From Octopus sinensis (lineage: Eukaryota): a stretch of DNA of 64,000 nucleotides. This document shows, in pieces, positions 13,038 through 25,837 of the stretch (the stretch's first letter is position 1; the number at the start of each line of letters is the position of its first letter). The translations under genes and the position numbers were made by a program. The notes beneath the pieces were generated by a model, which was not told where the DNA came from, did no database searches, and saw nothing but the letters and a program-made list of their open reading frames with translations. The stretch spans positions 33,604,001 through 33,668,000 of the forward strand of contig NC_043012.1 of NCBI RefSeq assembly GCF_006345805.1, read 5' to 3'.

Positions 13038-13769
13038 TTATTTATCAATTAGATTCTATTTTTCTCAGTATAAATACCCCCCATCCGCAGTAGGTTGTTA
13101 CAATTCGCCCCTGGCTCCAAAAATAATCCTTACCCTAGTTGGCCCGATGCAGATTTCTAGTTTGTTGTTTCGACTTTTGGCACTAGCACTGAGATTGTAC
13201 ACCAGTCTTCTAAATGCCCAACATGGATGCCTCAAACTGTTCAGATAGTTGGAAAAGATAGTTCGAGTCATTTTGCATATAGTAAAAAACCGTCACCAAT
13301 GGTCACGGCTGGAATGCTTTGAGCACTTGGTGTGGCAGGAGAGGCTTGAAGGACAATAAGAGCTCTATCACGAGAACCATTCATCTGTCAGCCACTGAAA
13401 GTCACAAAAGTGACCCCATTCTCGTTTTTCTTCTTCACGTGATCCGTGAAAGGGTCACCTATTAATTAATCGAGAAGCTTCGATTCTGATGTAGCAAAGT
13501 CTGGAACTGAAAATTAACAAGCGATTCCTTCGTGACTATGGAACGTTCCATTTCTCCAAAACCCTTTCAAACCGCATCATTATCTTTCACATTCCAAAAT
13601 ATAATTTAGAAACTATTTTCAATATATTTTTATTCAATTTTGTTCGCAATTTTTCTCTCATTTCCTTCTCATTCACTCTCCCCTCTCCCCCTTCTCTCGC
13701 TCTCTATTTCATTTTTATTTGCTTTTGCATTTTCTGTATTCCATTTATAAATTATTGAATGCATTTTAT

Positions 13770-14148
13770 GCGTGTATATATATGTATGTATGTGTGTATG
13801 TACATATTTATATATTATTAATATACGTGTGTGAAGTTGTGCGTGCGTGTGTGTGTATATATATATATATATATATGTGTGTGTATGTAAATATATAATA
13901 TAATATAATATAAATGTATATATATAGATAGATAGATATGTGCATGTAAATATGTTTGTAAATATATATACATACACATACGAATTACAAACACATATAT
14001 GCTACACGTATATACATATGTATGAATATATATATATATACAAATATATATACATATACATATATACGTATATATACATATACATATATATACATATACA
14101 TATATATACATATACATATATACATACATATATATACATATACATACG

Positions 14149-14215
<67 letters not shown>

Positions 14216-14225
14216 GCACACATAT
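13770..14225. repeat. (TA)n/(TACA)n microsatellite field
   Basis: Directly visible. Confidence 0.95.
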
Positions 14226-14421
14226 ATCAAAACTGCGTGTATGTGTACATATTTTGATCACTGGCCTACATATATATTACATATGCTCCAGTATGTTTCC
14301 ATGCAAGTGCGAATGAATATTTATATACCCATTTATCATTTTTCTCTTCGCGCCTTTGTTTCTGTAACATATACATGCTCTATAGCTTTCAATAAATATA
14401 CATACATACACGCGCACACAT

Positions 14422-14455
<34 letters not shown>

Positions 14456-15251
14456 GTATATGCATACATGTGTGTATGTGTGTATGAATGTTTGCATCAA
14501 AACACAAACGAAACTCATATTCTCACCGCGGCATACACATACACATCCACACACACACACACGCACACACACACGCATACGCACACACACACTCACACAC
14601 ACATATATATATATGCATACAGGTGTGTGTGCGTGTGTGTGTGTGTATGAATGTTTGCATCTAAACACAAACGAAACTCATATGCTCACCGCGGCACGCA
14701 CATTCACACACACACACGCACACACACGCGCACACACATACACACGCACGCGCGTGCACACACACACACACACACACACACACAACACACAGACATACAA
14801 GTCACTGAAAACCGAGTTTAATTTCCATATTTATGTATTTTGCTTAGCAAAGGTTTTTCTAAACTCGGAATGTTATTTTTGATGTCTATTGATTGATGAT
14901 AGAGTTATAGATAGAAATAATATAATAACCACTGTAATGGTGGTGGTTGTGATGGTGGTAGTGGTGGTGGTGGTGCTGATAATAGTGCTGGAGGTGGTTA
15001 GGGGTCAGGGTGGTATGGAGACCGGAAACAAAACCGAAACAAAATAGAATAAAACTAGAAACATGGTTGGTAAAGTAAAAACATTTTTTAGAACAGCGAG
15101 AAAGTACATCAGTACAAGAACATGTTCAGCAAAATACATCGTAGCTGTTGTTTTCGATGTTACTATTTATCATATTTTTATCATTAATATTTTATACTTG
15201 TTTTTATGACTATCTAGGAATTATCATCATTATTATTATTATTATTTATAT

Positions 15252-15460
15252 AAGGCGGCAAGCTGGCAGAATCGTTAGCACGCCGAGCGAAATGCTTAGC
15301 GGTATTTCGTCTGCCGTTACTTTATGAGTTCAAATTCCGCCGAGGTCGACTTTGCCTTTCATCCTTTCGGGGTCGATAAATTAAGTACCAGTTACGCACT
15401 GGAGTCGATATAATCGACTTAATCCGTTTGTCTGTCCTTGTTTGTCCCCTCTGTGTTTAG
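15252..15460 (+). mobile_element. SINE type A
   Basis: AAGGCGGCAAGCTGGCAGAATCGTTAGCACG...GAGTTCAAATTCCGCCGAGGTCGACTTTGCCTTTCATCC..., following an (ATT)n tract. Confidence 0.85.
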
Positions 15461-16055
15461 TATCTAAGCTAGGTAACAATCAGCTGATTTTGCTATCATT
15501 CCTAATGCACTTATGACAACAGGTATTGTTTTCATCTTGCGATACCACATTTTGCCAATTTCTATTTCAAGATCTTTTTACTTGCTCAGTATTTGGTAGG
15601 CCTTGACAGATACGTTTATGTTGATTGGGACAGTCATATCGATGAGTAGGCATGATTTTTGTCTGAAATCCTTCAATATAATGTCTGGCCTATTCGCATC
15701 TGTCTTTCTGTTAGTTTGAACGGTGAAGTTCCAAGATAGTGAGATGTGGTCATTTTCAAGCACAGGAGGTGGTTTGTGTTCCCACCAGTTTTTATCATGG
15801 GGCAGGTCCAGGTTTTTGCAAATCATCCAGTGAATATACTGTGCTGCTCTATCATGCCTATTGAGATACTCTGTAGGTGCAAGAAGGCTGCACATGGAGA
15901 CAACATGATCAATAGTTTCATTTTGTTGTCGACATACACGACATGTTGGGCAGCTGCCGTTCTTTAATATGTTGGCTTGGTATTTCCTTGTAGGTAGTCA
16001 TTGATCTTGGGCTGCTATGATAAACCCCTCTGTCTCTGATTTTAAACCAGAAGAC
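15460..16055 (-). mobile_element. R4/Dong-like LINE fragment (zinc knuckle plus REL endonuclease)
   Basis: ORF 15578-15895(-): EYLNRHDRAAQYIHW...WWEHKP...WNFTVQTNRKTDANRPDIILKD...LLIDMTVP. Confidence 0.85.
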
Positions 16056-16399
16056 ACTAAAACAGCAAAAACACGTTCGCGACAGTAGCAGAGAAATAGA
16101 AGCAACGCTTCACTGTGAACCTCACAAATAGAGATGAAATGTTGGCCCAGGCATGGAAACTGAATAAACAAGAAAAAACTCGAGCCAACCTAAATGCTCT
16201 GTCAGAAGCAATTGAAGCAGTAGAGAAAAGAACGGTGCTTCTCAGATGTATCTCAGCAAAGACGAAAAGAGCGGCTTTCATAGCCCAAGTAGATATTGAA
16301 GCGACGCTGGGGTGCACCAGAGATGACACTGAGTGCATAGTGTGGGACAAAAAATACGGTACCATTTTGGTGCTGTTTAAGTAAGAAGCCCTCGCTATG

Positions 16400-17345
16400 A
16401 ATCAATGGCCTCTTACAAAACCAGGCGTTAAAACTGTATTGGACTACTGGAAGTGCCAGGGTGTTAATGGATTTGTGTTCAGTTTTTAGTATGAGTCTTA
16501 CTCTTCTGTAATACTGCTTATATTTTCCTTCATAGTAGCATGTTGCATACCATCTCCTTAGTTTAACCCCAGGCATTTATAGCTTTCTTGTAGGTGAATC
16601 AACTTGATGGTAGTGTTGGTATCTAATTTAATGGAATCTGTTTGAGCTTACCTCTTACAAAATTTGCTTTAGCACACTTATCAAGGCCAAAATCCACCCC
16701 GATGTCATTACTGAACTCTTTAACAGTTATTCACAGCCCTACTAGTGCTTCGTCGTTTCTAGCAAACACCTTCAGATCGTCCGTATAAAACAGATGGTTT
16801 ACCATATTAGACACTTTGAACCCATACCTGATGCTACTCAGTTCGTTTGAGAGTGGGATCAGTGCTATGCAAAAGAGTAATAGGGAGAGGGAATCACCTT
16901 GAAAGATGCCTCCTTTGATGTTGATCTTGTTAGAGTGGATCATCCTATTACTATGGTGTAGAAGAAGACGTGTATTCCACCTGGCCATGCTACCTTGTAA
17001 GAATTTGGAGGCGATAGGAAAGATCTGATATTTCTCAAGGGCCTTGAGTAGCCAATTATGTGGGATATTATCAAACGCCTTCCTGTAGTCTATTCATGCC
17101 ATGCCCGGGTTCTTTTTTGCTCCGGCAGTTCTTAACAATCATTTTATTTATGAGTAGTTTATCTTTGCATCCATAAGAATTCTTTTTACAACCTTTTTGA
17201 GTTCTGTTCAAGGAAAGTGTATATTCTTTCAGTTAGTATCGATGTGAAGATGATGTAGGTGGTGTTGAGACATATTACTGGTCGGTAGTTTTTTGGATGT
17301 TTCGAGTCTTCAGTTTTTGGCAGAAGTTATGTTGTTCCTTCGGTC
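16400..17345 (-). mobile_element. R4/Dong-like LINE reverse transcriptase fragment, frameshifted
   Basis: ORF 16731-16988(-): GGIFQGDSLSLLLFCIALIPLS...HLFYTDDLK (QGD and YxDD motifs). Confidence 0.85.
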
Positions 17346-17349
17346 AGCC

Positions 17350-18060
17350 AGGCAGGTATTTGCTCTGGGCTCTTGATGACATCAGCTGAGTCTCATAGAT
17401 TGTTGTTTTCCCAGGGATCTGGTAAAAAAAATTTGTCAGTACCTTCTTGATCATTCTCAGGGCACCTACAACAGCAAGGATGGTTTTGGTTTTTAATTGC
17501 CACGTTTTAGATAGCTCAATCTCAAGGTCCTTATGTTTCGACATGTTTTCAAATTCCTTTGCTGAGATGTTTCTATCAGTAGACACTATCATATCCATTA
17601 ACAGGCATGTTTTTGTCTTAGGTCCTTGATGACAATGTCAAATTGTTATCATTTATTTGCCTGTCTGTATGTATCCCATAATCCCATAGGATGGTAACAT
17701 TCCCTCTCTCAGTGACTGACTCTGGATGATGTACATACCAGCTCCTAGGGTGCAGGATATCATAGTGAAAGCATACGCTCTAATACAAGTATCGGCAAAC
17801 TCGATCATGCCTGATTTTATATTTTGTCGGGGCAAGGACTGAGCAGCCGGCAGCAATATGGCAACACTGTGGTCAATACTCTCAAGTTTGTCATTGCAGA
17901 GTCTACACCTTGTGTCTATCACATTGTGTGTAACATTAACTTGACAGTTCCGAGTGACGAGACTCTGGTCTTGTGCTGCTAGGATTAACCCTTCTGTTTC
18001 CGCTTTCAAACCAACACTCTGCAGCCACTGATGAGTGCTTTTCTCCTGTCTACTTCAGCC
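17350..18060 (-). mobile_element. R4/Dong-like LINE 3' fragment, second subfamily
   Basis: KAETEGLILAAQDQSLVTRN...CRLCNDKLESIDH (17653-18009) and KHKDLEIELSKTWQLKTKT...VVGAL (17344-17598). Confidence 0.8.
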
Positions 18061-18099
18061 TCCCTTCAAAATTGCTGGCTTGGTGTCACAAATTGAAAC

Positions 18100-18266
18100 T
18101 ATTATTATTATTATTATTATTATTATCATCATTAGTAGTTGTAGTAATGGTGGTGGTGGTAGTAGTAGTAGTGGTGTCGTGTTGGTGGTGGTAGTAGTAG
18201 TGGTGTTGGTGGTGCTGGTGCTGGTAGTAGTAGCAGTGGTGGTAGTAGTAGTAGTAGTAGTAGTAA

Positions 18267-18298
<32 letters not shown>

Positions 18299-18325
18299 AT
18301 AGTAGTAGTAGTAGTAGTAGTAGTA
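18100..18325. repeat. (ATT)n/(GGT)n/(AGT)n trinucleotide microsatellite
   Basis: Directly visible. Confidence 0.95.
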
Positions 18326-19869
18326 AATAAATTTTAATAAATCCTGAAATATAAAAAAAGAAACATCATTATCAATATTTTATCTACATTATCGCCACCG
18401 ATACCACCACCACCGCCACCGCCACCGCCGCCACCATTATAATTATCATCTTTATCATCATCACCGTTGTCGTCATTATCTTCATCGTCATTTATATTAT
18501 TCTCAATGAAATATTATTACATATAAATTCTATCTTTATCCATGCTTTGCGCAGTTTTTTGTTATTTATTTGCTGTTAATTCTCTGAAATATTTTAAAGA
18601 TATTTTATGTTTTCATTTTTTCTTTGTTTTCTGGATTTTATTATATACTTCAACCATATACGATTGTTACTAATGTTTTTACTATTTTATACGTTATTTT
18701 GACGAACGTGTTATTGCGAGTGCAAATGTGATCGCGCACGTTTGTATCGATGTATGCGCATGGTTTTGTATGTTGATGTATTTCAGATACATTTCCTCAG
18801 CAAATTTAACTGCTGCTCAGAAATTTATTGCTTTTGGTTCCATATAAATACAAACTGTGTGAAGACTCTTTAGGTTGCCGCTCCAGTTGCTAGAAATAGA
18901 AACCAAATCAGTCTCAAACCTCACTAATTCTTTAACGCCTTAAAACGGGTAAGCATTCCCCACAAGTATATAAGTACAAGAAAATGTCCTAGAAGTCAAG
19001 AACCAAATGTAGCCCTAAAAAACAAAACAAATGCTCATTGGATAATGTTGTCTGTGGTAAGTGAGATGGTCACCACTGAAACTCTTTAACCTTCGGTCTA
19101 ATGGATGAGGGCTGACCCAAGGTTATATAAAAACAACAACAGTAGCAATAACAATAACAACACCAACAGCAATTCTCATGTCCTAAAACTAAGAAAATCA
19201 TTTTAGAAATAAAAAATGCCACGTTTTATGATTGCATAACTGCATAACAAACGGGATGGTCATGGTTCGGATACTTTCCTCATGATTAAGATTGGTCTGA
19301 GATTGCAGGTCATTTCCCCATTTAAATGTTTTGGCTGAAACATGATCCACTTGAATCTCAGTAGGCTGTTCACTCACCATGGATACTGACCTTTCTCTCC
19401 AGGATAAACAACGAATAAAATAACAGCCACTCCAAACTGCAATACAATCGTTCACAAGGAACAAGGAAGACGTGTTCTTATTTGTCTCCTGTCCAAGCTT
19501 GATTTACGCGTTCGCCACCACAGCTTCGTTTAGGCGTAGCAACCCTTCCTGTTTGTTTTCACTCTCCTGTTCGTGTTACTAATTTTGATCGTCCGCAAAA
19601 TCCTAAATTTTACTTAAAGAGCTTTGCGGGAGCAACTGTTTTATCGAAAGCGTATGTTGTTGTTAAATGCTCAAAACACGAGACTAGAAATACAGCCAAC
19701 AACTGACGAAGGGTCGTTATTTATGTTTGTTTTTCATTCGTGACTTTCGTTGTTCGAAAAAATAGTTCATGTTCCATGTACGTGTGCTTCGTATTTTTTT
19801 GTTGTACACAGTGGGACTGAACCTGGAACCCTGTGGTTGGTAAGCAAGCTACTTACCATACAGCTATTT

Positions 19870-19922
19870 TATACATATACTTATATGTATACATATATAT
19901 ACATACACATAAACATGTATAT

Positions 19923-19976
<54 letters not shown>

Positions 19977-19995
19977 CATATACATATATATATAT

Positions 19996-20056
<61 letters not shown>

Positions 20057-20120
20057 CAGATAGATAGATATACATACATACAAATAGATAGATACATACA
20101 TACATGCATACATACATAGA
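19870..20120. repeat. (TA)n plus (GATA)n microsatellite
   Basis: Directly visible. Confidence 0.95.
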
Positions 20121-20344
20121 GACATTGATATACGTATATGCATGCATGTGTAAAAGTGTGGTGTATGTGCGTGTATGTGTGAAGAGCAAGTAAAAATTAG
20201 ATGTCAATGTCCTATTTATCGCAAGAACATGGTAAAATGTCAATATATTTAGTCAGTGAGATAACAATGAGTTTATACCGTCATCGTATAACACAATGTT
20301 TGAACAGATCTGCAGGAAGCAACAGATAGGATTACATATTTACG

Positions 20345-20557
20345 CGTGTGTATGTGTGGTAGGAGTGAGTGAGTGTGTGAGTGAGAGAGTGAGAGTGTGA
20401 GTGAGTGTGTGAGTGTGTGAGTGTGTGAGTGAGTGAGTGTGTGAGTGAGTGAGTGTGTGAGTGAGTGAGTGTGTGAGTGAACGTGTGTGTGAGTGAGTGT
20501 GTGTGTGCGTGTGTGTGCGTGCGCGCGTGTATATGTGTGTATGTGTGTGTGCGTGTG
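20345..20557. repeat. (GAGT)/(GT) compound microsatellite
   Basis: Directly visible. Confidence 0.9.
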
Positions 20558-20894
20558 CTTCCTCTCCTCCGTGACACCTGTTTCAGTTGAAGCGATCTGC
20601 AAATCGTTAAGATAAACTGAAAAGGTTGCAAGTCGCAACGAAAATTTTAGGTAAATAAAAATAAGAAAAACGCGGAAATTTTACCGGTGAGTGTGTTACA
20701 TAATAAGGCACAAAAAGAAAATTACTCTCCCCAGACACAACAGAATATGCTGCAACACACGAACTCATGTAAAGAATCTGGCAAACCAAATCCAAAAACG
20801 AAATAAATTAGTAATAATCTGTATTTGAAAAGGCATTGAGCTTTTAAATAAAAGGGGTCGGTCTTCCCACGTATTTTGAACTGAAAATATTCGT

Positions 20895-21492
20895 ATTGCA
20901 ACCAACTAGTTTCGGTTTCAGTCCCACTGCGCGACACCTTGGACAAAAATCTGTTTCTTTACTACCCACAAGGGACTAAACACAGAGGGGACAAACAAGG
21001 ACAGACAAACGGATGAAGTCGATTATATCGACCCCAGTGCGTAACTGGTACTTTATTTATCGACCGCGAAAGGATGAAAGGCAAAGTCGACCTCGGCGGA
21101 ATTTGAACTCAGAACGTAACGGCAGACGAAATATGGCTACCGCATTTCGTCTAGCGTGCTAACGTTTCTGCCAGCTCGCCGCCCTCACCTTGGACAAGTA
21201 TCTTCTACGATTGCCCCGAACCATCCAATGCTTTGTAAGTGTGTAGATAGAAACTGTGTGAACGATGTGTCATGAATATGTGTGTGTCTGTGCCTTTGTG
21301 TTTTTCCTTTCCCTCCACAATTTGATAACCGGTGTCAGTTTGTGTACGTACCCCTAACTTAGCGATTCAGCAAAAGAAACCGGTAGATTAAGTACCAGAC
21401 TTGGAAATAAGTGTTGGATTCTATTTGTTCGACTGAATTCTTGAAGTCAGTGCGGCAGTAAGCCTGAAGTCGAATGCGTGAAGAAAGTAAAA
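20895..21492 (+). mobile_element. diverged SINE type B, interrupted by a type A SINE
   Basis: GGTTTCAGTCCCACTGCGCGACACCTTGGACAA resumes as GTATCTTCTACGAT after the insert. Confidence 0.7.
20947..21185 (-). mobile_element. SINE type A nested in SINE type B
   Basis: Full copy flanked by the 12-bp TSD CACCTTGGACAA (20935-20946 and 21186-21197). Confidence 0.9.
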
Positions 21493-21502
21493 TTTAAAAG
21501 AT

Positions 21503-21539
21503 ATGTGTGTGTGTGTGTGTGTGTGTGACTCTGTGTGTG

Positions 21540-21576
<37 letters not shown>

Positions 21577-21601
21577 TGTGTGTGTGTGTGTGTGTGTAAG
21601 T

Positions 21602-21676
<75 letters not shown>
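21503..21676. repeat. (GT)n microsatellite
   Basis: Directly visible. Confidence 0.95.
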
Positions 21677-22152
<476 letters not shown>

Positions 22153-22700
22153 CACAATAACACATTACCAAGGTTTTTTTAAGAAATATGTTTTACAAAA
22201 TTCAAATTGCCCTTATATGGAGAATAACTAAAGAAAAGAAAAACAGAAAAGGCATTAAGAGATAAAAAAGAGTGAGAAGGTGGACATGTGTATAATGATA
22301 GAAAAAGAAATAAAATATATATTGAATGACGAAAGAATGAAAGATACAATATAAAAGCAATAATAATTTCAAAAATACAACTAAAAATATAGATTCTGAA
22401 ATCTGTCACTATAATTTTTACAGCCGTCAAGGTAAAATTGTGACTAAGATGTTAGTTGGACTAACTATAATAAACGCTAAACTTTAGAGTCGTAAAGCAA
22501 CAAACTAAACAACGAAGTACTATAATATGGATACACATTTTTATCGTTGTCTGAACGGACAATATATCAAGGCAACATACATTTATTATCATTACCCTTA
22601 ATATATATATATACATACATATAAAATCTCACTTATACACACGTACAGATGTACGAAGATAAACTATAGAAACTTATGTACATAAACAAAAAAAGTATAT

Positions 22701-22749
<49 letters not shown>

Positions 22750-22861
22750 ATATATATATACCGGAATAAAAGCATAAATGCCAAACAAGGTGGGAAAAGT
22801 AGTACTCGAATACCAGAGGTAGAGTAATATACTTTATTAAAAAGTAGCAAAAATATCAAAT

Positions 22862-22906
22862 AAACTGTTACTCAGAGTTTCACGTTCCCGTTCGTCTGAC
22901 AGTTTT
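22862..22906 (-). ncRNA. minimal type I hammerhead, U4A core variant
   Basis: AAACUGU [CAGACGA] ACG-ggaa-CGU [GAA] ACUC-u-GAGU A^ ACAGUUU. Confidence 0.65.
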
Positions 22907-23774
22907 GTTTACAATGGAGCAAGATAAAATTTTATGTACAAATGCAATTATTTCGTTAGATACTAATAGGAACGCCAATCATTTCATTCTGTCTACCTCT
23001 GTCTATTCCCCCCCCCTCTCTCTCTCTAATTTTCTGTTTCTTTTTTCTTTATTTCCTTTCTTTTATCCCTTGTTTTTTTTCTCCCCCACCTCACTTGTTA
23101 CTCTCTGATTTTTTTCCTTTTCCTTTAGCTTGTAACAACTAAATCGTATAACGCATACACCAGGAGGTTTTGTGCGCGCATACGTATATATATATACATT
23201 TATATATATATTTATGTTTTGCCTATCTATGTCTGTATATGTATGTAGCCATGTTCCTACGCCTGTATGTTTAGTGTATATACGTATATTATAGATCGTT
23301 TGGCACGTGTATATATTGCTAAAAGTATATGTATTTTAGAATGAAATGTATCTTTTAATTTATTATTATTTTTGCAACTAATTATTTACCCTGGGTATTC
23401 AAGCCTTTTTCCTTCTTCATAAGCTATTTTTGATTGAAGATTAGAAACATCATCTGACCACATGTCTCTATATGTTTGCTCAATAGAATTTGGCGAACAT
23501 TGGTGTTCCGGATTGGCTGTTTGTGGACTCGTGAGCGTTCCGATAATCTGTTGCCTGTCTCGCCTATATATAATTCCTCGCAATTCGGGCATTTAATGCA
23601 GTAGATCAAATTTCTGCTTTTGCAGTTCATAACTGCATCATGTTATTTTCACAATAATATGATTTTAAACCGCAGTTTTGTTATTTCATGCAACCGGTTA
23701 TTGAAAAGGCCGTTAGTTGAAAGGTCCAACGAAACAAAACTATTTTCAAATGTGTATCTATCAAAGTAATTGTA

Positions 23775-23937
23775 TTTCTTTTCTACTCTAGGCACAAAGC
23801 CCGAAATTTTGGGGGAGGGGGCCAGTCGATTGGATCGACCCCAGTACGCAACTGGTACTTAATTTATCGACCCCCCCCCCCGAAAGGATGAAAGGCAAAG
23901 TCGATCTCGGTGGAATTTTAACTCAGAACGTAAAGAC
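23775..23937 (-). mobile_element. SINE type A variant (alternative 3' tail) inside the PLE
   Basis: CGACCCCAGTACGCAACTGGTACTTAATTTATCGAC...AAAGGATGAAAGGCAAAGTCGA...ACTCAGAACG. Confidence 0.8.
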
Positions 23938-23962
23938 AATTTTATCTTGCTCCATTGTAAAC

Positions 23963-24008
23963 AAAACTGTCCGACGAACGCGAACGTGAAACTCTGAGTA
24001 ACAGTTTT
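23963..24008 (+). ncRNA. minimal type I hammerhead, U4C core variant
   Basis: AAAACUGU [CCGACGA] ACG-cgaa-CGU [GAA] ACUC-u-GAGU A^ ACAGUUUU; perfect 8-bp stem I. Confidence 0.7.
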
Positions 24009-24413
24009 TGTGATATTTTTGCTGCTTTTTGATAAAGTATATATATATATATATATATATTGTTTCGAATTTGTGTGAATGTGTATAAAATATTATATCA
24101 GTTGAATAAAGTTAAAGCATAGTCTGGTTTTAAGGTTTTTTATTATGGTATTTTAAGAAAATTATCGCTTTCATACATAATATACTCATCAGATTTCAAA
24201 TGTGTTTAACTGACAGCTGACTTCTTGACAGCTTTAGTATCTCTTAGAACGCTCCAACCAGCTGAATTTTTAGAATACCTTTTTGACCAATCCGCATGCC
24301 CTTAAACATCATAGTTTACCAGGCATAGCGATATTCTGTAACTAGTTTATATTTATTAATCCACATCATTAACCGTTTGTTATATTATTGCTGTTATTTC
24401 CGTTCAGAACATT

Positions 24414-24790
24414 TTAATTAACCCTTTTTTCTTTTATCTTTCTATCAACCTCACTTGTGTCATATAGCTTGTGGAAAGGAAAAGTTAGAAACATCATCTG
24501 ACCACATGTCTCTATATGTTCGCTCAATAGAATTTGGCGAACATTGGTGTTCCGGATTTGCTGTCTGTGGACTCGTGAGCGTTCCGATAATCTGTTGCCT
24601 GTCTCGCCTATATATAAATCCTCGCAATTCAGGCATTTAATGCAGATCAGATTTCTGCTTTTGCAGTTCATAACTGCATTTGCGAAAATCTGTCCATTTT
24701 TGTGTTCTAATGGATCCACCCGTATGAATGTATTGATACGTTCCACATCTGTTATCATTACACTTGGATACTGTGAATGTTTTATCCTGT
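24414..24790 (-). mobile_element. second Penelope GIY-YIG endonuclease fragment
   Basis: ORF 24414-24758(-): MNCKSRNLICIKCLNCEDLYIGETGNRLSERSRVHRQQIR...HIETCG...FPFHKL; near-copy of 23424-23640. Confidence 0.85.
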
Positions 24791-25675
24791 TTGTTCATGT
24801 TGAATTTTGCCTTTGTTAATAGTTTCTTCAGGTTATGTGGTTGCCTTTTGCTTAAGATAAGTGTTTGATTAGTTATGTTTTTTATTTTTTTTCACTTAGC
24901 TTTATATAGAGAATCACACAGCACAACACAACCTGAGAACAGTTTGACATCCACCACCGACGAATGCGAGAGAGTTCTCCAGAAAAGCTAACAAGGAATC
25001 TTTAAAAATCTCCCCACCAAAGTCAACAAAGAACTTACTAGATCTACAAGCCAAACTGTAAAATTATATTATATTATTAGAAAATTAAATTGATTAGAAC
25101 TACCAGTAAAGTCATTCTTTTCCTTTTTCAAATAGATATATATATATAATAACTGTATATAATATATATCATAATATTTATTCTCCGATTCGAAGCCACA
25201 ATTTTTATATATAAACAAATGACCGAAAAATGATGAGCTAACCGCAGGCTGAATCGAACTCGCAAATCGACGCTTCCATGGCTCCTTGCGAATCTGATTA
25301 GCCAAACGCTCAACCATCAATTTCAGCCAAATTTAGTTAATATATACTTAAACTGTCTGGGATACTACGTAAATATTTTTATTTAAAAAAAAAAACGAAA
25401 GGCATGGCGAGTTACGGAGAGAAAGCTACCGTGGAAGACTCATCGTATATTAACTCTATGTAATATGTATCATAATGATATTTATCCTCCCATTTGAATA
25501 TACTGTATATGCACACGCACATATACACACAAAATATAAGCATATATATAGATACACAAACACACTCACACACATACACACACAAACACACATACGCACA
25601 CACACATATATTTCGCTTTTGTGTTCGGTCTGCAAGATTCTTTTTGTGAATTCGTGAGTTGAAGCATATTTTATT

Positions 25676-25837
25676 GTGCCTGGGGAGAGTCATTCTCTTT
25701 TAGGGCCTTACTATCTAACACACTCTCCGGTTCGATTTCCACTCATTTACTTATATATAAGTAAACACGTGGAAATCGAACCGGTGAGTGTGTTAAATAA
25801 TAAGGCACTAAAACAGAATGACTCTCCCCAAACAATA
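25676..25837. mobile_element. palindromic MITE-like element
   Basis: 25681-25742 pairs with 25769-25830; the centre TTTACTTATATATAAGTAAA is itself palindromic; a related single arm lies at about 20670-20790. Confidence 0.6.

Larger units (their letters stand above)
22827..24042 (-). mobile_element. Penelope-like element with inverted pseudo-LTR arms and a GIY-YIG fragment
   Basis: Arms 22827-22931 and 23938-24042 are reverse complements, each with a hammerhead. ORF 23424-23630(-) reads NCKSRNLIYCIKCPNCEELYIGETGNRLSERSRVH. (TA)n lies on both flanks. Confidence 0.85.
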
